Of a stretch of 64,000 nucleotides of DNA, positions 40,482 through 51,016 are shown piece by piece. The stretch spans positions 1 through 64,000 of the forward strand of contig CAVTDB010000006.1 of NCBI GenBank assembly GCA_963733375.1, read 5' to 3'. Numbering within the stretch: position 1 is the first letter of the stretch; the number at the start of each line of letters is the position of its first letter. Below the pieces are notes generated by a model. It made no database searches, was not told where the DNA came from, and worked only from the letters and a program-made list of their open reading frames with translations. This DNA comes from Nitrospirota bacterium. Lineage in GTDB: Bacteria > Nitrospirota > JACRHJ01. Made by a program: the position numbers and the translations under genes.

Positions 40482-41198
40482 GTGGCCGACAGCCTGATTC
40501 CGGTAAGCGCCGTGATACTCGCGGGCGGTGAAAACCGCCGAATGAAAATCCCCAAGGCATTCCTTGTAATCGGGGGAATTTCCATAATCGAGAGGCAGGC
40601 TGCCGCCCTGACAGGTGGGACAACGGATGGCTGGCAGGGGCCGATTAGAGGCATGTCGAGACGACTTGCCGGACTGAACGCCGGGGAGTCGGAAGGCGCA
40701 TTTTTTAATGAATTGATAGTCGTCGCAAATGACCCCGCACCCTATGAATCTCTTGGATTTAAGGCCCTGCCGGACGATCCGGAATTTTCAGGACAAAAAG
40801 GTCCCTTAATTGGCGTTTATACAGGGCTTCAAGCGGCAAGGAACCAGACCATCTTCGTTGTTGCCTGCGACATGCCCTTCATCTCCGGGAAGCTTGCCCG
40901 CAGACTTGCACAGCTTAAGGGGGGCCATGACGCCGTGGTCCCGGTAATAAAGAGATACCCGGAGCCGCTTTTCGCGGTTTATTCCAAGACGGTTCTGAAA
41001 TACGCCGGGAGTGCGCTGAGAAACGGCAGGCCGCGGCTTCAGGAGCTTTTCAAGGATCTGGACGTCTTGTTCGTGGATGAGAGCGAGGCCATGGAGTACG
41101 ATCCGGGGCTTCTTTCTTTCATCAATGTGAATACGCCGGAAGAACTAAAAATGGCGGAAGGCCTGGCCAAAGGGCGGAAATCGCATTTGATTACTTGA
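40482..41198 (+). CDS. mobA: Molybdenum cofactor guanylyltransferase
   Basis: VILAGGENRRM..KA, GPLIG, VACDMPF, PEPLFAVY, NVNTPEE. Confidence 0.9.
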   Translation: MADSLIPVSAVILAGGENRRMKIPKAFLVIGGISIIERQAAALTGGTTDGWQGPIRGMSRRLAGLNAGESEGAFFNELIVVANDPAPYESLGFKALPDDPEFSGQKGPLIGVYTGLQAARNQTIFVVACDMPFISGKLARRLAQLKGGHDAVVPVIKRYPEPLFAVYSKTVLKYAGSALRNGRPRLQELFKDLDVLFVDESEAMEYDPGLLSFINVNTPEELKMAEGLAKGRKSHLIT

Positions 41199-41226
41199 CC
41201 GGGGAGAAAATTCCGGAGGTTGAAAA

Positions 41227-41390
41227 TTGTTCGGCGAGACGATAGGCATCGGTGAGTTGCTGCTCATCTTGCTGATAGTGGTGGTGGTATTCGGGGCGGG
41301 GAAGCTCCCCCAGATAGGCGAAGGGCTGGGGAAGGCGATAGCGAATTTTAAAAAATCCATATCCGGGAAAGACGAAGAAAAAAGAAGTAA
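41227..41390 (+). CDS. tatA: Twin-arginine translocase TatA/TatE subunit
   Basis: [32 protein letters not shown]; stop TAA at 41388 is out of frame after an A-run. Confidence 0.88.
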
Positions 41391-41406
41391 AGGAAGGTTA
41401 AAAAAG

Positions 41407-43218
41407 ATGTACCTGAACAAACTTTTAAAGCTCCTCATGATCCCGCTTGCGCTTGCGCTCCTGTCCTCCTGCGCGGCGGCGGGCTCCTCCGTTAAAAATT
41501 CCACCGGGAAAATTGAAGCTGTTAAAAAGGAAAAGCCGCTCCCCGCGGGGATCGACCAGGCTTACCTGCACTATATGAACGCTGATATGGCCGAGAAAAA
41601 AGGAGATTATCAGACGGCGATGAACGAATACGCGGTTTCCCTGACCTACGACCCCGACTCCGCGCCGCTGCTTACACTTATCGCCAAGACTCAGATGAAG
41701 CTTGGAAAGCTGGATGAGGCCCAGACGTCCGCGGAACTGGCGATCCGGAAAGATCCGACATACCAGCCCGCATACCTCTTCCTGGGCGCACTTTATACCT
41801 CCTCGGGCAAGAATGATAAAGCAGCCGACGTATATAAAAAATCGATAGAGCTTGACCCGGAAAAGGAAGATTCTTACGTATATCTCTCAATCCTCTATGC
41901 CACCACGGGGAACTCTCAGAAATCTCTCGATGTCCTCCAGACTTTAACGAAAAGAAATCCGGAATCCGCTATGGGGTACTTCTACATGGGCAGGGTATAT
42001 TCCGACATGAAGGAGTACGACAAGGCGATCGCGGCGTTCCAGAAGACGGCGGATTTAAAACCAGAGCTTGAGATGGCCCTGACCAGCATAGCCATAGTCC
42101 ATGAGATAAAAGGGGATATGCCCGCGGCCCAGAAGGAATATGAGAAGATTCTCCAGAACGACCCGGATAACCAGGAAGTGAGGAGCCGGCTGGCGCAGTT
42201 ATATATTCACAGCAAATCCTATGACAGTGCCCTGGAACAGTATAAAGACCTGCTGAAGACGAACCCCGACAATTCAGACGCCATAACTAACATGGCGTAC
42301 ATTTACTTGGAGCAGAAGGAATACGACAAGGCTATCGAACAGTTCGATATCCTGGCCGCGCGGCACCCCGGGGACCCCAAACCGAGGTTTTATATCGCGC
42401 AGATTTATGAAGACCAGGGCGAGTACGCGAAAGCGGCCGAGCAGTATAAGAAGGTGCTGGAGAAAAACCCGAAAGACGTGGACTCCATCATCCATCTCGC
42501 CTATCTGAAAGAGAAATCGGAGGGGACAGCGGCGTCGCTTGAGTACCTGAAGGCCGCCATTAAGGAAAACCCCGGGCGCTACGAGCTGTACCTGTACGTG
42601 GGCGCAACGCTTAATTCGAGCGACAAGCCGTCGGAGGCGCTCCCTTATTTAGAGAAGGCCCTGGGACTGGCGCCGGACAAGGACGATGTATATTTCAACC
42701 TCGGCATCACCTACGACAAACTGAAAGACTGGGATAAAATGGTCGCCGTGATGAAGAAGGCCATCGCCCTCAATCCGAAGAACGCCGAGGCGCTCAACTA
42801 CCTGGCATACAGCTACGCGGAGAAGGGCGTGGACTTGGACGAGTCCCTGGACCTGGCGCGGAAGGCGGCAACCCTGAAGCCGGATAACGGCTTCTACCTG
42901 GACAGCGTAGGTTGGGCTTATTTCAAGAAGGGCCAAATCCCTCAGGCGAAGGAATGGCTCGAGAAGGCCGTGAATGCGGAAGCTGGAGATGCGACGCTCC
43001 GTGAGCATCTGGGCGACGTGTTATTCCAGGATAAAATGAAAGACGCGGCAAAGGCCCAGTGGGAGAAATCTCTGGAGCTGGACCCGAAAAACGTAGCCCT
43101 GGCGAAGAAGTTCAAGGACGCCGGTTTCGGCGATCCGCCGTCCGCGAATACCGTCCCTGATAAGGGAGAAAAAGTAATCAACAAAGCTCATACCGCGCCG
43201 AAAGGGATTCACAAATAG
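41407..43218 (+). CDS. TPR-repeat lipoprotein
   Basis: Lipobox LLSSC; many TPRs; [30 protein letters not shown]. Confidence 0.88.
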   Translation: MYLNKLLKLLMIPLALALLSSCAAAGSSVKNSTGKIEAVKKEKPLPAGIDQAYLHYMNADMAEKKGDYQTAMNEYAVSLTYDPDSAPLLTLIAKTQMKLGKLDEAQTSAELAIRKDPTYQPAYLFLGALYTSSGKNDKAADVYKKSIELDPEKEDSYVYLSILYATTGNSQKSLDVLQTLTKRNPESAMGYFYMGRVYSDMKEYDKAIAAFQKTADLKPELEMALTSIAIVHEIKGDMPAAQKEYEKILQNDPDNQEVRSRLAQLYIHSKSYDSALEQYKDLLKTNPDNSDAITNMAYIYLEQKEYDKAIEQFDILAARHPGDPKPRFYIAQIYEDQGEYAKAAEQYKKVLEKNPKDVDSIIHLAYLKEKSEGTAASLEYLKAAIKENPGRYELYLYVGATLNSSDKPSEALPYLEKALGLAPDKDDVYFNLGITYDKLKDWDKMVAVMKKAIALNPKNAEALNYLAYSYAEKGVDLDESLDLARKAATLKPDNGFYLDSVGWAYFKKGQIPQAKEWLEKAVNAEAGDATLREHLGDVLFQDKMKDAAKAQWEKSLELDPKNVALAKKFKDAGFGDPPSANTVPDKGEKVINKAHTAPKGIHK

Positions 43219-43315
43219 CGTGAAATAACCCCTCCCCCAGTGGCCGGCAAGGGGTTAAGGATAAATTGCAGGGGCCGGCCGTGAAGCTATAAGTCTTTGG
43301 AACAAGGTTTTACGC

Positions 43316-43350
43316 AAAAAGCCCGCAACGAATGTTGCGGGCTTTTTTTT
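43316..43350. terminator. Bidirectional Rho-independent terminator
   Basis: AAAAAGCCCGCAAC-GAAT-GTTGCGGGCTTTTT. Confidence 0.85.
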
Positions 43351-43368
43351 ATTTCCACACCTCCCGTT

Positions 43369-43387
43369 CCCCCTCTTATCTTAAGAG
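43369..43387. repeat. REP-like palindrome CCCCCTCTTATCTTAAGAG
   Basis: Exact reverse complement of 56576-56594. Confidence 0.7.
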
Positions 43388-43403
43388 TTGGGAGAGAGAT
43401 GCT

Positions 43404-44798
43404 TTACTTTTTATGCGGCTTAAGCGGCGGGAGGTTCATTAGCTCCTTCATCTCGCGGAGGTACGTCTCGCTGTCCGTGCGTCCTTTTTTAACCGCGCGT
43501 TTTCCGTAGAGGCTTAGCATACCGCAATAGAAGTTGAACCTTGAGATGTGCCGGAAAATCTTGCTCCAGGAGTAGAACTTCGCCATCGCCTTGAACGTCT
43601 CCCGCTGAAGCTCGGACGGCGACATCAGCGCCGGTCGATAGACCGTGTGCTGCGCGTCATACTTGCTCCAGTCCGAGTGCAGAAGCCTCCCCTGCTCCTT
43701 GAACTCATCATAGACCGGCGTTCCCGGCAGGGGCGTGAGTATCAGGAACTGCACGGACTCCAGATGCATCTTTCTGGCGAACAACTGAGTTTCCCTGATG
43801 GCGGCGGCGTCGTCCATATCCGAACCGAAGACGAACATGCCGTGGATGCGGATCTTGCGGGCGTGGAATGCCTCAACCGCCCGGATAATATCGTCCACCC
43901 CTTGCTTCTTATTGAAAAGTTCCAGAGTCTTTTCGTTTACGGACTCAAAACCGATAAACACGTTTTCGCAGCCTGAGCGCTTCATAAGGTCGAGCAGTTC
44001 AGGGTCCGCGGCGGCGTCGCTCCTTACCTGGGCACTCCAGTTGAACTTCAGCCCCAGGGCGATAATCCGTCGCAGTAGTTCCTTGGTCCTTTTTTTGTTC
44101 GCCGTGAAGTTGTCGTCTATGAAGAATACGAACGAGCCGCTCCTGGCCGCGCTTAGTTCCTCGATTATTTTTTCCAGGCTTTTGAACCGGTATTTCCTGC
44201 CGAACATATGGATGACCGAGCAGAACCTGCATTCGAACGGACAGCCGCGCGATGTGGCGATGGGTAGGATGACCTTCGGACTCCAGCCCTGGACCAGTGA
44301 GAAGTCCGGCGCGGGGTAAGGGTCCAGGTCAGCGATTAATTCCCTGGCGGCGTTATGCACGGGACCGTCCGGGGAGTTAAAGGAAAGACCTTTTATATCC
44401 TCGAAAGACGCCTTCTCTTCGATGGCGCGCAGGAGTTCCACGACAGTGTGTTCGCCCTCCCCGCGCACCACGAAATCACAGTGGCCAAGAGCCTCGTCCG
44501 GCATGAACGTGACATGGGGACCGCCCATGATTACGGTCTTGCCCCTGGCGCGAAGCCTGTCGGCAAGTTTGTATGCGCGCGGAGCGGTCGACGTAATAGT
44601 GGAAATCCCGATTATCTGATAGGAATCAACTTCCTTCCAGTCGGGAGGCTCCACGTCCTCGATGAATACACGGGTCCGGTATCCTATCCCTTTCAGGATC
44701 GTCGCGACCAACACAGTGCCCAGGCGCGGTATGGGGAACGCCGAGAATACGTGCGCGCCGGGCGATTTCGCCTCGATAAAACAGATTTCCTTTTGCAT
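43404..44798 (-). CDS. B12-binding domain radical SAM protein
   Basis: GGPHVT, RGEGE, SRGCPFECRFC (CxxxCxxC), DDNF, GFES, TPLPGT. Confidence 0.92.
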   Translation of the reverse strand: MQKEICFIEAKSPGAHVFSAFPIPRLGTVLVATILKGIGYRTRVFIEDVEPPDWKEVDSYQIIGISTITSTAPRAYKLADRLRARGKTVIMGGPHVTFMPDEALGHCDFVVRGEGEHTVVELLRAIEEKASFEDIKGLSFNSPDGPVHNAARELIADLDPYPAPDFSLVQGWSPKVILPIATSRGCPFECRFCSVIHMFGRKYRFKSLEKIIEELSAARSGSFVFFIDDNFTANKKRTKELLRRIIALGLKFNWSAQVRSDAAADPELLDLMKRSGCENVFIGFESVNEKTLELFNKKQGVDDIIRAVEAFHARKIRIHGMFVFGSDMDDAAAIRETQLFARKMHLESVQFLILTPLPGTPVYDEFKEQGRLLHSDWSKYDAQHTVYRPALMSPSELQRETFKAMAKFYSWSKIFRHISRFNFYCGMLSLYGKRAVKKGRTDSETYLREMKELMNLPPLKPHKK

Positions 44799-44998
44799 GT
44801 TATTGTAAAATATTAAACCCGGGCCGGACAATTGTCAAACTTTAAGTCGCGGTTCCACTTTCGAAAAAGGATGACGTGCGTTTATTTATCTAAACTTTTA
44901 GAGCTAAAACTCGCAGAATTTGTGAGTGCTAACGCTTACCTTAACTGACAAGCTGTTTTCTTGACTTTTAATTTGAATGAATATAGACTCCAAAACCT

Positions 44999-45904
44999 AT
45001 GAAAAAAGGGACTGAAATCATTATTAAAGCGCCGGCTAAGGTAAATCTGCGGCTGGAAGTCATCGGCAGGAGGCCGGACGGGTATCACGACATAAGAAGC
45101 GTGATGCAGGCGCTGGAACTCTCCGATGAGGTAAAAATTACTCTGACCGGAGGGGGTATCGAGGTCGCCTGCGACTCCGGCGAAGTGCCGGACGGCGAGT
45201 CCAATATAGCTTTCCGGGCGGCTAAGGCCATTATTGGCGAGGCTGGATACGACGGCGGCGTTAGGGTGGAAATAGCCAAAAAGACGCCGGTCGCGGCGGG
45301 GCTTGGCGGCGGCTCCAGCGATGCCGCGGCGGTTTTGAAGGGACTCAATATCCTGCTGAACCTGGATCTTCCCGATGAGCGGCTCCGTGAAATCGGCGCG
45401 GGGATAGGCGCGGACGTGCCTTTTTTCCTTTCGTGGCCTGTCGCGCTCGCGGAGGGGGCAGGGGAGAGGCTGTCCCGGCTTGAACCTCTCGGCGAAATAT
45501 GGTTCGTGCTGTTAAAGCCAGACTTCGGGGTCTCCACGGCCTGGGTTTATTCGCAGTTAAATTTAGGGTTGACAAAACATTCCGATAATACTAAACTTTT
45601 CCAGTTTAAGGAAGGGGCGGATGCCTTCCTTATCGCCTCATGCCTGAAGAACGACCTCGAGCGCGTGACGGTCGTAAGGTATCCAGAGATAGAAGTCCTG
45701 AAGAAGAGACTGGTCAAAGGAGGGGCGCTGGGCGCTTTGATGTCCGGGAGCGGCCCGACGGTTTTCGGCATTTTCAGGACTGAGGCGGCAGCGAAAGCCG
45801 CCGCGGCAAGCCTTACGGACTCCGGCTGCAGATTGATCGTTACGAGAAGTATCCCCAGTTGGCCGGCGCCTGTTCTTAGAGCCCCTTTAGTGGGGGACAC
45901 CTGA
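44999..45904 (+). CDS. ispE: 4-diphosphocytidyl-2-C-methyl-D-erythritol kinase
   Basis: APAKVNL, RPDGYH, PVAAGLGGGSSDAA, GADVPFF, MSGSGPTVF. Confidence 0.95.
   Translation: MKKGTEIIIKAPAKVNLRLEVIGRRPDGYHDIRSVMQALELSDEVKITLTGGGIEVACDSGEVPDGESNIAFRAAKAIIGEAGYDGGVRVEIAKKTPVAAGLGGGSSDAAAVLKGLNILLNLDLPDERLREIGAGIGADVPFFLSWPVALAEGAGERLSRLEPLGEIWFVLLKPDFGVSTAWVYSQLNLGLTKHSDNTKLFQFKEGADAFLIASCLKNDLERVTVVRYPEIEVLKKRLVKGGALGALMSGSGPTVFGIFRTEAAAKAAAASLTDSGCRLIVTRSIPSWPAPVLRAPLVGDT
45569..45597 (+). promoter_or_regulatory. Putative internal sigma70 promoter within ispE
   Basis: TTGACA-17 bp-TAAACT in a locally AT-rich patch of ispE. Confidence 0.6.
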
Positions 45905-45927
45905 GGGTAGAGCGAGAGGGGGAATTT

Positions 45928-46200
45928 ATGGAGGTAACTGAAGTCAAAGTATTTCCTGTTTCTGAAGACAAGCTGAAGGCATACGTCACGGTAACGTTCG
46001 ACAACTCCTTCGTGGTACGCGACCTGAAGATTATCCAGGGTAAATCCGGGACGTTCGTGGCGATGCCCAGCAAGAAACGCAAAGACGGGACCTACCGGGA
46101 CATGGCGCACCCGCTCAATACCGAGACGCGCGAGATGATAGAGCAGAAAGTCATGGCTGAATACGAGAGGGAGATGGCGGCCCTCCCGGCAGAAACATGA
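45928..46200 (+). CDS. spoVG: SpoVG family protein
   Basis: VTEVKV, LKAYV.VTFD..FVVRDLKII, FVAMPS, DMAHP. Confidence 0.94.
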   Translation: MEVTEVKVFPVSEDKLKAYVTVTFDNSFVVRDLKIIQGKSGTFVAMPSKKRKDGTYRDMAHPLNTETREMIEQKVMAEYEREMAALPAET

Positions 46201-46209
46201 CCTGACCGT

Positions 46210-46284
46210 TGGGGCGTCGACAAGCGGTAAGTCAGGAGACTTTGAATCTCCCATTCCCAGGTTCGAATCCTGGCGCCCCAGCCA
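46210..46284 (+). tRNA. tRNA-Gln(TTG)
   Basis: TGGGGCG/CGCCCCA acceptor stem, GGAGA-CTTTGAA-TCTCC anticodon arm, GGTTCGAATCC T-arm, encoded CCA. Confidence 0.96.
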
Positions 46285-46321
46285 GGATTCTTTTTTATCT
46301 CTTTAAGAGGACCATCAAGGC

Positions 46322-47263
46322 ATGGCGCAAGAACTGAAGCTTTTTTCGGGTAACGCGAATATTTTCCTGGCGAAGGAAATAGCCGACCATCTGGGGATTC
46401 CCCTGGGCGACGCCTTCGTCGCTACGTTCTCGGACGGGGAGATAAACGTAAAGATAAACGAGAACGTCCGGGGCGGGGACATTTTCGTCGTTCAGCCGAC
46501 TTCACAGCCGGTAAACAACCACCTGATGGAACTGCTTATAATGATTGACGCCTTCAAGAGGGCGTCCGCCAAACGCATCACCGCGGTTATCCCGTATTAC
46601 GGCTATTCTCGCCAGGACAGAAAGGCCCAGCCCCGGGTGCCTATCACAGCGAGGCTGGTGGCGGACCTGATCAGCGCCGCCGGAGCGGACAGGGTCCTGA
46701 CGGTGGACCTGCACGCCGGGCAGATACAGGGCTTCTTCAACGTCCCGGTGGACAACCTCTTCGCGACGCCCGTCCTCTTCGATTATCTGAAGGATATCGG
46801 ACTGAAGGACCCTGTCGTAATATCGCCGGACGCCGGGGGAGTGGAGCGGGCGAGGGCTTTCTCCAAGAAGCTGGGCGGGAGCATCGCGATAATAGACAAG
46901 CGCAGGAGCGCCCCGAACGAAGCCGAGGTAATGAACCTTATCGGCGAGGTGTCGGGGAGGGACGCACTTCTGCTAGATGATATGATAGATACCGCGGGCA
47001 CCATCACCAAGGCGGTGGACGCGATAAAGAAGCATGGGGCGAAGAAGGTGATGGCCGCGTGTTCTCACGCCGTGCTGTCCGGCCCCGCGATAAAAAGGCT
47101 TAACGAATCCGAGCTGGACAAGGTAGTCGTGACCAACACCATAGCGATGGACGGAAAGCAGAAGGAGTGCCCGAAGCTCAAGGTGCTGACTGTGGCGCCG
47201 CTTCTGGGCGAGGCGATAAAGCGGATACATGAGGAGAGCTCGCTCAGCTCTCTTTTCATGTAA
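46322..47263 (+). CDS. prs: Ribose-phosphate pyrophosphokinase
   Basis: FSDGE, PYYGYSRQDRK, DLHAGQIQGFF, SPDAGG, DDMIDTAGT. Confidence 0.97.
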   Translation: MAQELKLFSGNANIFLAKEIADHLGIPLGDAFVATFSDGEINVKINENVRGGDIFVVQPTSQPVNNHLMELLIMIDAFKRASAKRITAVIPYYGYSRQDRKAQPRVPITARLVADLISAAGADRVLTVDLHAGQIQGFFNVPVDNLFATPVLFDYLKDIGLKDPVVISPDAGGVERARAFSKKLGGSIAIIDKRRSAPNEAEVMNLIGEVSGRDALLLDDMIDTAGTITKAVDAIKKHGAKKVMAACSHAVLSGPAIKRLNESELDKVVVTNTIAMDGKQKECPKLKVLTVAPLLGEAIKRIHEESSLSSLFM

Positions 47264-47290
47264 ATAAAATTTCAGGAGGAACAAAGGCAG

Positions 47291-47956
47291 ATGAAAAAAA
47301 CGGCACTTAAAGTCATGGTCCGCGAAGGAAGGGGAAAGGGTTCCGCGAGGAGCCTCAGGCGCGAAGGCAGGATTCCCGGGATAATATACGGCACCGGCGG
47401 GTCCACCCCCATTTCCCTGGACAGGAAAGAGCTTTCCAAAATAATAAACGCGGGCGAAGGCGGAAGCCAGCTCCTCACGGTCATGATAGAGGGCATGGGC
47501 GAGAAGATGGCCATCCTCCGCGAGTACCAGGTAGACCCGATCAAGAGCGTTCTGATCCACGCCGATTTCCAGGAAGTCGCCGAGAACAAGGTCATACACG
47601 TGACCGTGGCGGTGGTGCAGGTGGGCGGCCAGCCGGTCGGGGTAAAGGAAGGCGGAATATTCCAGCACCCGGTCAGAGAGATAATTGTCGAATGCCTGCC
47701 TTCCACGATACCGGAGCATGTCGAGGTAGACTGCTCAGGGCTTAAGGTAAACGAAGCCGTCCACGTCGGCGACCTGAAACTCCCGGAGGGTGTCAAGGCC
47801 CTCACCGACGCTGGCACCGTGCTCTTTGCCATCGCCCCGCCGATATCCGCGGAGAAGCTGGATGCAATGCTTTCGAGCGAGGCTTCCGCGGTGGTGAAGG
47901 AGCCCGAGGTCCTGACAAAGAAGAAGGAAGAAGAAGAGAAGCCGAAAGCGAAATAG
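47291..47956 (+). CDS. rplY: 50S ribosomal protein L25/Ctc
   Basis: GKGSARSLRREG.IPGIIYG, IHADF, GVKEGG. Confidence 0.95.
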   Translation: MKKTALKVMVREGRGKGSARSLRREGRIPGIIYGTGGSTPISLDRKELSKIINAGEGGSQLLTVMIEGMGEKMAILREYQVDPIKSVLIHADFQEVAENKVIHVTVAVVQVGGQPVGVKEGGIFQHPVREIIVECLPSTIPEHVEVDCSGLKVNEAVHVGDLKLPEGVKALTDAGTVLFAIAPPISAEKLDAMLSSEASAVVKEPEVLTKKKEEEEKPKAK

Positions 47957-47958
47957 TC

Positions 47959-48517
47959 TTGAAAGTGATCGCAGGACTGGGGAACCCAGGTAGCGAGTAT
48001 GCCGGCACCCGGCACAATATCGGGTTTATGGCGGTGGACGCCCTCGCCGTAAAGCTTTTGGGCGCTGGCTCTTACAAAAGCTCTTTCGGTGCGTTCACCT
48101 GCCGCGCGGATTTCGAGGGAGAAAACCTCCTCCTTATAAAGCCGCAGAATTTTATGAACAGAAGCGGCGAAGCAGTCGGGGAGGCAATCACGGTACTATA
48201 AAGTGGCCCCTTCGGACTTGATGGTAATACACGACGACATGGACCTGCCCCTGGGCAGGATCAGGATACGCTCCACGGGAGGCGACGGCGGACATAACGG
48301 CGTCGCCTCCGTCATTTCTCACGTAGGCCCGGATTTCATAAGAATAAAAATTGGGATTGGACGCCCGGACCCCCGGATGAACCCGTCGGATTATGTCCTT
48401 TCCAGGTTTATCCAGGAAGAGCGGGAAAAGGTCGAAGAAGCCGTGGCAAAGGCGGTGGAGGCCGTGCTGGCAGTATTTAAAAAAGGTGTTCCAGCCGCAA
48501 TGAACCTTTTTAATTGA
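47959..48517 (+). CDS. pth: Peptidyl-tRNA hydrolase (frameshift near 48190)
   Basis: GLGNPG.EY..TRHNIGF, KPQNFMNRSG, HDDMDLP, GGHNG, IGIGRP. Confidence 0.93.
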
Positions 48518-48777
48518 AGATCGGCATTGTAATTAGTGCTTGATAAAATTATTCAGTTCGTTTATATTCAATCCCGCTCGTTTAGAAGCCCTTATCATCA
48601 TATTAATATTTGCATTAAATTTTTTAATTTGGAAAACCCTTGGTGAAAGAGTAAAATTCCCAAGTTTATAAAACGGCGTTTTAATATCCACATGCGTTAG
48701 GGAAGGGGGGGGACACCGCAAGAAATTTTGCCTCATATTATTTAACCGCGATCATTGAAAGGGGGTAGTTTAAAATT

Positions 48778-50890
48778 ATGGATACGAACGTTCTAATAGC
48801 TTTAGGCTGCAGCATTATCGCCGTGATATACGGCATCATCAGCATCGGCTGGATCATGAAACTGGGCCAGGGCAACGAGAAGATGCAGGCGATCTCGAAG
48901 GCCATTCAGGAGGGCGCCGGTGCATATCTTAAGCGCCAGTACACTACCATTGCAGTAGTCGGAGTAATCCTTGCGATAGTCATCGGTGTCTCGCCTGCCT
49001 CAATAGGCCTTGGGCCTCTCACGGCAATCGGCTTCGTCATCGGCGCCCTGGGCTCCGCGGCGGCCGGCATCATAGGAATGAACATATCCGTCCGCGCAAA
49101 CGTCCGTACTACCGAGGCGGCGAGGACCGGTCTTAACGAGGCGATGAACGTCGCCTTCAGGGGCGGGGCCATCACCGGCATGCTGGTCGTGGGCCTTGGC
49201 CTCTTTACCCTGTCGGGTTATTTCCTCGTCCTCCAGGCGATCTCTCCGGGCGCGGTTCCGTCCGAGCTGGTCAGGCCGCTTGTCGGCCTTGGCTTCGGCG
49301 GCAGCCTTATCTCCATATTCGCCAGGCTTGGCGGCGGCATATTCACGAAGGGCGCTGATGTCGGCGCTGACCTCGTGGGCAAGGTCGAAGCGGGCATCCC
49401 CGAAGACGATCCCCGTAACCCGGCCGTCATCGCTGACAACGTCGGCGACAACGTCGGCGACTGCGCTGGCATGGCTGCCGACCTCTTCGAGACCTACGCC
49501 GTCACGATCGTCGCCTCCATGCTGCTTGGCGCGCTTCTCTTTAAGAACGCCGGGCCGGACGTTGTATCCAAGGCGCTCTCTTACCCGCTGATATTGGGCG
49601 GCGTCTCCATAGTCGACTTCCATCATCGGCGTCTTCTTCGTGAAGATAGGCAAGAGCGGCAACATCATGGGCGCCCTGTACAAGGGCCTCATCGCGTCGG
49701 CGCTCCTTTCCGCTATAGCCTTCTTCCCCATCACAAAGCAGATGATGGGCGGGATATCCGCGACGCCCGGCCTTGAGCAGTACACCTGGGTGAACCTCTA
49801 CATATCCGCGCTGGTCGGCCTCGTCGTCACCGGCGGAATGGTTGTAATCACCGAGTACTACACCTCCACGGCCTACGCTCCGGTCAAGGCCATAGCTCAG
49901 GCCTCCACCACCGGCCACGGCACCAACGTTATTACCGGCCTTGCGGTCTCCATGAAGTCAACCGCCGCCCCGATAATCCTCATCTCGGCGGGCATCCTGG
50001 TGGCCTTCAGCATGGCAGGGCTTTACGGTGTCGCGATGGCAGCGGTCTCCATGCTCTCCATGACAGGCATAATCGTCGCCATCGACGCTTACGGCCCCAT
50101 CACGGACAACGCCGGCGGCATTGCCGAGATGGCTGATCTTCCGGATTCCGTCCGCGCGATAACCGACCCGCTCGACGCGGTCGGCAACACGACGAAAGCC
50201 GTAACCAAGGGATACGCCATCGCATCGGCGGCCCTCGCGGCCCTCGTACTCTTCTCCGCGTACACCCAGGAACTGGGCGACGCGCTCATAAAGAACGGTC
50301 TGCCTCCGGTCACTTTCGACCTCTCTAACCCGCTGGTATTGATAGGCCTGTTCATCGGCGGCCTGCTGCCATACCTGTTCGGCGCGATGTCGATGCAGGC
50401 AGTCGCGAAAGCGGGCGGCGAGATAGTCGACGAAGTCCGCAGGCAGTTCCGCGAGATCAAGGGCATCATGGAAGGCACCGGAAGGCCGGATTACGCCGCG
50501 GCGGTTGACATCGTCACCAAGGCCGCCATCCGCGAGATGATGGTCCCGGCGCTCCTGCCGGTCCTTGCCCCGTTAGTCGTCGGGTACATACTCGGCCCAG
50601 TGGCTGTCGGCGGGATGCTCGTCGGCGCCATCGTAACCGGCCTCTTCGTCGCCATCTCCATGACCTCCGGCGGCGGAGCGTGGGACAACGCGAAGAAGTA
50701 CATCGAGAACGGCAACTTCGGCGGCAAGGGTTCCGACGCCCATAAGGCGGCGGTAACCGGCGACACCGTCGGCGATCCGTACAAGGATACCGCGGGCCCG
50801 GCCATCAACCCGATGATCAAGATCATCAACATCGTGGCGCTCCTTATCGTTGGCCTTCTCGCTTCCGGTCACGTGCTGATCCACCTGTAG
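48778..50890 (+). CDS. hppA: Membrane-bound pyrophosphatase, K+-independent type (frameshift near 49615)
   Basis: [41 protein letters not shown] (Lys determinant), [19 protein letters not shown]. Confidence 0.94.
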
Positions 50891-50902
50891 TAAGATTAAT
50901 TA

Positions 50903-50987
50903 GGCGAAACTGTAGGGGCCGACCTTCGTGTCGGCCCTTGCTTTTATAAATTGGGCGAAATGCAGGGGCCGACCTTCGTGTCGGCCC
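50903..50987. repeat. Tandem pair of GTAG-type REP elements
   Basis: GGCGAAA(C)TG[T/C]AGGGGCCGACCTTCGTGTCGGCCC at 50903-50937 and 50954-50987, each forming a hairpin. Confidence 0.85.
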
Positions 50988-51016
50988 GTTTATAATGCAG
51001 TCAGGAAGATAATACT

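Noticed and set aside
41227-43218. Apparent TatA-TPR fusion (663 aa)
   Set aside because: An out-of-frame TAA follows an A-run at 41388, and the TPR gene has its own RBS, ATG and lipoprotein signal peptide.
46210-46320. tRNA-Gln as an integration site
   Set aside because: prs follows immediately; I saw no integrase or duplicated tRNA 3' end.
50903-50987. CRISPR array
   Set aside because: Two copies with a 16-bp gap and a GTAG-hairpin structure typical of REP elements.
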